A model generated the notes under the pieces. That model had not been told where the DNA came from, made no database searches, and was given only the letters and a program-made list of their open reading frames with translations. A stretch of DNA of 60,961 nt, filler included, from Nemertoderma westbladi (lineage: Eukaryota; Animalia; Xenacoelomorpha): the NCBI GenBank assembly GCA_032718475.1. It is 2 parts of 2 records of this genome, joined end to end, with 100 filler letters (N's around TTAATTAATTAA, not from the genome) between each part and the next. Parts side by side here need not be neighbours in the genome. Positions count along the whole stretch, not along the records: positions 29,627 to 60,961 come from JAUCBJ010007592.1; 1 more part is not named here. One strand, written 5' to 3'. Shown one piece after another: positions 56,001-60,961 of this stretch; position 1 is the stretch's first letter; every line of letters starts with the position of its first letter. A program made the position numbers and the translations under genes.

Positions 56001-59000
56001 TCGAGAACCTAGAGCCATTGCTGATAACTTCGTCGGCAACGAGAGAGCGTTTGAGTTAGCGATGAAGACGCTTAGTGACATCTACGGGAATAAAACCAAG
56101 ATGGCGCAGTCGATAGTAGAAGACTTGGGTAAGGGCGGAAGGATTACAACTCCGTTAGAGCTGTTGAACCTAGCGAACGCTATTTCGAACGCATTGGACA
56201 TCTTGAGGACGGTGAATCTACCTCATCATGGTGATCACGCCGAAGTTTTGAAAAGCGTAATAAGACGTTTAAACATGCGTTATCGACAGAAATGGCGCAA
56301 ATTAGAGAATAAGTTGGAGGGCCAAGGTAAAGTATTGACACTTCAGCATATTCATGACATGATAGCCACAGACGCAGTAGCAGAGATGAAATCAAACTTC
56401 TCAGAAGAGAATATGAGGGAGTCTAAACCTGTTACCGGTAAGTCTATGGTAAGTTTTGACGATGACAGGACCACTGTGACTTATAACTCAGTAGACAGAT
56501 ATAATTCGAGTACCCCAGCCTTTAGATCAGACTCGCGAGTATGGTCAGGTGAGCGGTTAGATAGACCTAGGTTAAAGCAACAGGAGTTGCCGGATGGATT
56601 TGTAGGTTGCCAATACTGTTTACTAAAGGAGGTAAGATCTGACGACCATAAGTTAGATAGTTGCAGACGGTTCAAAGAATTAAATTCGGAACAGAGAAGA
56701 GTTCAAGTGCGGACGTTGGACACCTGTTGGGCATGTCTTGCGCCAGGCCATGTACGGCGGCAGTGCCCGAACAGCAAGGACGGATGCATGGAATGCGGCA
56801 GACTACATCACAAGTTGCTACATGCGGATTTCCATACCCCAACGGACCGTTACTTACAGCGAAATCCTCACAGGAAGGGGAGCAAAGAACCCGTATCGAT
56901 AAGGAGGAATACGTATACTGGCATCCAGGACGATGGTTACCAACCAGGTTCGTCGGACGAAGATGGCGAGTCGAGCGCGAGAGAAGTGACCTGCCAAGGT
57001 TTCACCGCGGATAGTTCATCGACCAGCGCGCGGACGTATTTATCATCGGCCACATCGGAAATATTTAGCGTGATTCCGGTGAAACTCACTGGAGATAAGG
57101 GATCTAAGAGAATATATGTGATGTTGGACACTGCGTCCACATTATCCTATATCGACGAGGAAGTGGCGAGAGCTGTTTCTAGCTTCCAGGACGCAGAGGA
57201 GATCCAAATAGAGTTGAAGTCTATGCATGGGGTAGGAGACCTCAAGGGACACAGAATTTCGGTAGAACTTGATTCCCTACTTCCGAGAGACCAACACACT
57301 CGACAAGAACGGAAAGCTTTGCCATTGGACGGATTTAAGTGTCTAGCTATGAAGGGATTCGGCAGGCAGTTAGGTAAGGTGCCGCCGATGAGTCCCATAG
57401 CACAGGAGTATTTTGACAAGCTCAGGATACCCAGACACCAGGTAGGTTATAGGAATGTTTCTATGTTGATTGGTGCAGAACAGCTGATCGCACACCAAAT
57501 ATGGGAAACGAGACCAGCTGAACCGCATGTCAACGGACCACATGCCCATAGGACTATACTAGGTTGGTATACACGAGTACCCATGTCTTATGAGTTTACA
57601 GGTGGCGACAAGCCAATGAACAGATACGATGAATTACAGCCTATAATTCAACCACCGTTAGTAGAACCACCAGACATAGACGAGTTTAGGAGAACCTGTA
57701 TTGACCACTATAGTGACTTTAGCGAGTCGGACGAGGAGTTGATTCCCGATAATGTTAGGTTGTCGGAACCACTTCATAACGACCGGACAGATAGTGAACC
57801 CGAGGACTACTGTTATCAGACCCGTGGGTCTGGTTCAGCGGCCCACGCTACCTATCTGACTAACGTTTTGACTTATACAGACATAGTGGAGGGTCAAGTG
57901 GCTAAATATCGAGACCTAGACATTTTCCAATACAGTGAGGAGGAATTACAGAAGGAATTGATACGCCAGGACCTCGAGACAGGAGCCAGAACCGTCGAAT
58001 GGCTGGATAGGGACGCAATGGAACCCGGTGGATATGACCTAGCCATGTCTACTGATGAGAAACGGTCGCTGGAGATGATGGAAGACACCATACGTCTGCT
58101 ACCGACTGGACATTTTGAAGTTGGAATGTTGTGGCGTCGACAACCACCTAAGTTGGAGAACAACTACAACTTAGCCTTGAAAAGATTGAACGGAGTAAGG
58201 GCTCGGTTGTTGAAGAATCCAGGCATTAGGGAGAAGTATTGCGCCCAGATCAACAACTATTTCGCCAAGGGATTTGCTGGGAAGGTAGAGGACCCTGACT
58301 TAGTGACAGACCAGACTTATTACCTTCCACACCACTATGTGACTCACCCTGACAAGCCAGACAAGGTCCGAGTAGTCAACGACTGCGCAGCAGTCTATAG
58401 AGGTATGTCCCTGAATTCAGAGTTGATGGATGGTCCCAACCTGAATAACTATTTGATAGGAATACTGTTGCGTTTTAGACAGCGGCGATTCGCATTTACT
58501 TGTGACATCGAGGCGATGTTCCACCAGGTAAGAGCCTGTAAGGCAGACCAGGATAGCCTTCGCTTTCTCTGGTATGAGAATGAAGACTTATCCGGCCCAG
58601 TGGTTACATACCAGATGTACGTTAGGATATTTGGCGCCCGCGATAGTCCAAATGGCACGCTGTTTGTTCTAAAGAAAACGGCAACAGCCCAGATTGGTAA
58701 GTATCCAGTAGAGGTTATCGAGTCCATCTTGAGAAACTTCTACATGGACGACGGATTGGTGTCCAAGGACACGGCGGAACAAGCCATAGAAGTGGCTCAC
58801 GGCCTGCAAGAGTGCTTGGCTACAGGGGGTTTTCCTCTGACCAAGTTCACTACCAATTCGGAGGCCCTATTAGAGTCGTTCCCGGTAAAAGATCGCGGGA
58901 GCGGAGACATAGAATTGGGGGTAGAACCAATCCCCATGGCGCGAGTACTGGGACTCGCTTGGAACCCGAACTCAGATAAGTTCCAGGTAAGAGTTAGATT

Positions 59001-60961
59001 TGAGCCCAGTAGCCCAGACAAAGTTTTGACAAAGAGAATTTGCTTATCGACACTAAGTAGACTATTTGACCCGATGAACTTTATCAGTCCGGTTATATTA
59101 CAGGCACGAGCGTGCATGAGGAAAATTTGGTTGTCCGACTTAGAGTGGGACGAACCAATATCTCCTATACATGCAAAGCAGTGGAGAGAGTGGGAAGCCG
59201 AGTTGCATCTATTGAAAAATATAGATGTACCCCGTTCCTACTTTCCGAATCAGCTGGTATTTCCAGCTGATTTAGAGCTGCATCTGTTTAGTGACGCAAG
59301 TGACACCGGCTTTGGTATGGTAGCCTACCTTCGCCGAGAGGTAAGTCAGGACAAATTTGAGACGGCCTTTGTGACTTCTAGATCAAAGACAATGCCGGTC
59401 AAATACATGACTGTCCCTCGTGCAGAGTTACAGGCGGCTGTAGTTTCAGTCGAGGTAAGTAAGCAAATAACAGAGGAGTTAGACACGACATTGACCTTAT
59501 TCTATTGGACGGACGCATCCTTGGTGTTAGTATACATTGCGGCCGACAATATTGCACTAAAGACATTTGTGGCCAACAGACGCGCTCAGATCGTTGACTT
59601 TTCGACGAAGGAACAATGGAGACATTGTCCGGGAGTGTTGAACCCGGCCGACATAACTTCGAGAGGTGCAATGCCGGCGGAATTCTGTCAGGAAGAGTCG
59701 CAGGAGTTTTGGTTGCATGGACCTGATTTTCTAACGAGGACACAGGAACATTGGCCAGAGCGACTAAAGATAGTGACCAATCCGATGCCTGAAGATGCAG
59801 AAGTCAAAGTGGAGAAAGTCTCTAAGTCGAAGTCTAAAGCCAAACTTAAGTCATTGGAGCGGCCTGAAGAGTCATTGGAGCGGCCTGAAGAGTTATTGGA
59901 GCGGCCCGGAGACCTGTCAGACCAACAGACTTACGTGACTACTAGGTCCGGAAGGGTAAGTTATGACATCAAACCACCCTTACAGACTAAACCGGAGTCA
60001 CAATTGGTAAGTGACGGACAGAAAATGACCGACACAATGGATCCTTTGGTTTCCAAACCTGCGGGTTTGGATTCGAAACTTCCATTGGTTAGCGGACAAC
60101 CGTCGCTGGCATTAGAGTCATGCAGTATTTATGACAAATTACTAAATTCGTCTGCCTCTTGGCTGACAATTTGTAAAAGAACTGCGTGGTTAAGCCGATA
60201 CATTTTGTACCTTTGTTTAAAACATTCGAAACATTTGAGAGAACCATCGAGCGCCAATAGTGAGCGAATTCAGAAATTGAAACAACCTCTGACAGAGGAT
60301 GAGATTGATCAAGCGGAATTAAAGCATTTGAAACATTATCAGATGTGTGCCTTCCCAAAAGAATTCCATCTATTATCGGCTCAACGACCAGTTCTCTATA
60401 AACCCCTTAGAAAATGGAGTCCATTAATCCATAAGGGTTTAATTTGTCATAGATCGAGAATCCAGACTGTCGACATAAACTCACAGTTTCGGTTCCCAGT
60501 GATAATCCCTAGTCACCCAATAGAATTGCAAAGAGCGATTCTATGGGATATACACAAGAGGTTGCATCACGCGGGAAAGTTACACTGTCTGTCGGCAGCG
60601 AGACAGCGATTCATTCTATTGCAGCCAAGCAGGGCAGTAGGCACTATGTACGACGCCTGTCTGGTTTGCAAGAGGGTGAACGCCAGAGTATTGGAACAGG
60701 AGATGGCTGAACTCCCGGAAGCGAGAGTGCAGGCATATGACCCACCCTTTACGAATACAGGGGTGGACTGTTTTGGTCCGATTGAGGCAAAGAGTGGACG
60801 GCTGACCCACAAGCGATGGGGTCTGCTACTGACATGCATGGCTAGTAGAGCCATACATATCGAGCGTGTGGCAGACATGTCGACCAAATCTCTGCTCCTG
60901 GCCTTAAAGAGATTTATGGCTAGGAGAGGACTAGTAAAGGCGTTCTACTCCGATAAGGGAA
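50021..60961 (+). mobile_element. BEL/Pao LTR retrotransposon, apparently intact, truncated by the window end
   Basis: Probable LTR start TGTT at 50021-50024, short tandem repeats at 50051-50150, TATAAA at about 50560, long non-coding leader, then a gag-pol ORF. The LTR 3' boundary and PBS were not confidently identified. Confidence 0.9.
53374..60961 (+). CDS. BEL/Pao gag-pol polyprotein (at least 2529 codons, no stop seen in window; absent from the ORF track)
   Basis: Starts MSVSDKEALED. Gag LPTQQPQKFMGNHKHWRTF (about 55864); three zinc knuckles CQYC..H..C, CWAC..GH..C, CMEC..HHKLLH (56608-56823); protease MLDTAS (57121); RT YLPHH, DIEAMFHQV, FYMDD; RNase H LHLFSDAS, VPRAEL, WTDA, NPAD..SRG; integrase HHAG, CLVC, GVDCFGP, SRAIHIE, YSDKG. 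Confidence 0.95.
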   Translation, partial: MSVSDKEALEDSYETAAGPPTDDSVNITVDDNADYDDAASDADVSEQEDETVTSEEEQQPQVIVLGSPTATVRKDCTATRTEVSDREGSVAEARARNPVSRPVGMVSAVVPTAVRSTRSSRNNPSSPPSVSQVSDREFDTAMKKKLRAHAGHITRTADKVRKMLADSANIGRVELVEVRRGYNSALFKQTEELAVLAKKAVESQSSDVATRIYDRVLAALLEHRELSERFRRVRTENWLLWASQAQATQVSDAELRELVEREEIQDKEERRYQREVTSWLMQNGVVVPGQVLPTTENIQQRTLTPPDDASRDSGDSQVSHARGKVICARSLVSHNSAEERRRRLDEQQAEVLRASEARKEAERERERTRKLDAKLRELEEKGKREQAERERKERELQLEREQKERELQLEREQKERELQLEREQKEREQKEYELQLERERKERELERERERRALYEEKARVEEEGAARRAREEEERKLAQLESARLSLESEERTRKANEIAEKGMRMIEECGASVGTELRELFALQKAEQEARTPAIRESTTTRIPIPGPAITSTRIAKPFSTYRTPVGISASPIAQNPRHRNIAPLHTEHDDEEFRETPTGRVLGEPNPRVWNTRTERRPSSTENFRVKPEEGSYERQRITQIEPTIQQNPSQEFITRDELSASLAQAISPHIQPITDMLSNLRLKEAAQVRSNSNPSRPELDKVQPSQRVRISEETIPHRPQVRTPVPNIHNPNFENSAEKFIEEAWVRASARKPSRALRTDTESSDEEEEMRRQKSRNYKERRTDAEQVSWNHRERTRLNNPAELNHLLTRNDATLRDIGKFAARQGLPTQQPQKFMGNHKHWRTFKTYVDEQLTNSTFTPNEKFNYLLQMLHREPRAIADNFVGNERAFELAMKTLSDIYGNKTKMAQSIVEDLGKGGRITTPLELLNLANAISNALDILRTVNLPHHGDHAEVLKSVIRRLNMRYRQKWRKLENKLEGQGKVLTLQHIHDMIATDAVAEMKSNFSEENMRESKPVTGKSMVSFDDDRTTVTYNSVDRYNSSTPAFRSDSRVWSGERLDRPRLKQQELPDGFVGCQYCLLKEVRSDDHKLDSCRRFKELNSEQRRVQVRTLDTCWACLAPGHVRRQCPNSKDGCMECGRLHHKLLHADFHTPTDRYLQRNPHRKGSKEPVSIRRNTYTGIQDDGYQPGSSDEDGESSAREVTCQGFTADSSSTSARTYLSSATSEIFSVIPVKLTGDKGSKRIYVMLDTASTLSYIDEEVARAVSSFQDAEEIQIELKSMHGVGDLKGHRISVELDSLLPRDQHTRQERKALPLDGFKCLAMKGFGRQLGKVPPMSPIAQEYFDKLRIPRHQVGYRNVSMLIGAEQLIAHQIWETRPAEPHVNGPHAHRTILGWYTRVPMSYEFTGGDKPMNRYDELQPIIQPPLVEPPDIDEFRRTCIDHYSDFSESDEELIPDNVRLSEPLHNDRTDSEPEDYCYQTRGSGSAAHATYLTNVLTYTDIVEGQVAKYRDLDIFQYSEEELQKELIRQDLETGARTVEWLDRDAMEPGGYDLAMSTDEKRSLEMMEDTIRLLPTGHFEVGMLWRRQPPKLENNYNLALKRLNGVRARLLKNPGIREKYCAQINNYFAKGFAGKVEDPDLVTDQTYYLPHHYVTHPDKPDKVRVVNDCAAVYRGMSLNSELMDGPNLNNYLIGILLRFRQRRFAFTCDIEAMFHQVRACKADQDSLRFLWYENEDLSGPVVTYQMYVRIFGARDSPNGTLFVLKKTATAQIGKYPVEVIESILRNFYMDDGLVSKDTAEQAIEVAHGLQECLATGGFPLTKFTTNSEALLESFPVKDRGSGDIELGVEPIPMARVLGLAWNPNSDKFQVRVRFEPSSPDKVLTKRICLSTLSRLFDPMNFISPVILQARACMRKIWLSDLEWDEPISPIHAKQWREWEAELHLLKNIDVPRSYFPNQLVFPADLELHLFSDASDTGFGMVAYLRREVSQDKFETAFVTSRSKTMPVKYMTVPRAELQAAVVSVEVSKQITEELDTTLTLFYWTDASLVLVYIAADNIALKTFVANRRAQIVDFSTKEQWRHCPGVLNPADITSRGAMPAEFCQEESQEFWLHGPDFLTRTQEHWPERLKIVTNPMPEDAEVKVEKVSKSKSKAKLKSLERPEESLERPEELLERPGDLSDQQTYVTTRSGRVSYDIKPPLQTKPESQLVSDGQKMTDTMDPLVSKPAGLDSKLPLVSGQPSLALESCSIYDKLLNSSASWLTICKRTAWLSRYILYLCLKHSKHLREPSSANSERIQKLKQPLTEDEIDQAELKHLKHYQMCAFPKEFHLLSAQRPVLYKPLRKWSPLIHKGLICHRSRIQTVDINSQFRFPVIIPSHPIELQRAILWDIHKRLHHAGKLHCLSAARQRFILLQPSRAVGTMYDACLVCKRVNARVLEQEMAELPEARVQAYDPPFTNTGVDCFGPIEAKSGRLTHKRWGLLLTCMASRAIHIERVADMSTKSLLLALKRFMARRGLVKAFYSDKG

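Noticed and set aside
58045-58080. CTGATGA-GAAAC hammerhead-like core (also CTGATGA at about 39082, 39125 and 51041)
   Set aside because: No convincing stems I and III; most lie inside coding sequence.
54372-60887. Short minus-strand and off-frame ORFs listed across the BEL/Pao region
   Set aside because: Shadows of the single long plus-strand gag-pol frame.

Overview
Metazoan (invertebrate-like), AT-rich and transposon-dense DNA made of two contigs joined by an artificial N/TTAATTAATTAA/N spacer at 29527-29626. Two host genes are recognisable, both RNA-processing genes with uninterrupted coding regions: a three-RRM hnRNP M/MYEF2-like gene (32304-34442) and LSM11 (43378-44253). The rest is repeats: a 48-bp minisatellite, a 7.3-kb apparently perfect (GATT)n array, two 14-bp minisatellites, a decayed Gypsy pol, an Academ DNA transposon with a nested internally deleted CsRN1-type Gypsy, CRE/L2/RTE LINE fragments, many MITEs, and an apparently intact BEL/Pao element whose single ORF (from 53374) runs off the window end and is missing from the ORF track. 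The two most notable observations are (1) a tRNA-like Pol III unit with a minimal hammerhead ribozyme in place of its anticodon arm, inside a small inverted-repeat element (37514-37794), and (2) a strong sense-strand excess of U1/5'-splice-site motifs (21 GGTAAG by hand count) within the uninterrupted BEL/Pao ORF. All family calls come from motif recognition by eye; no database search was run.
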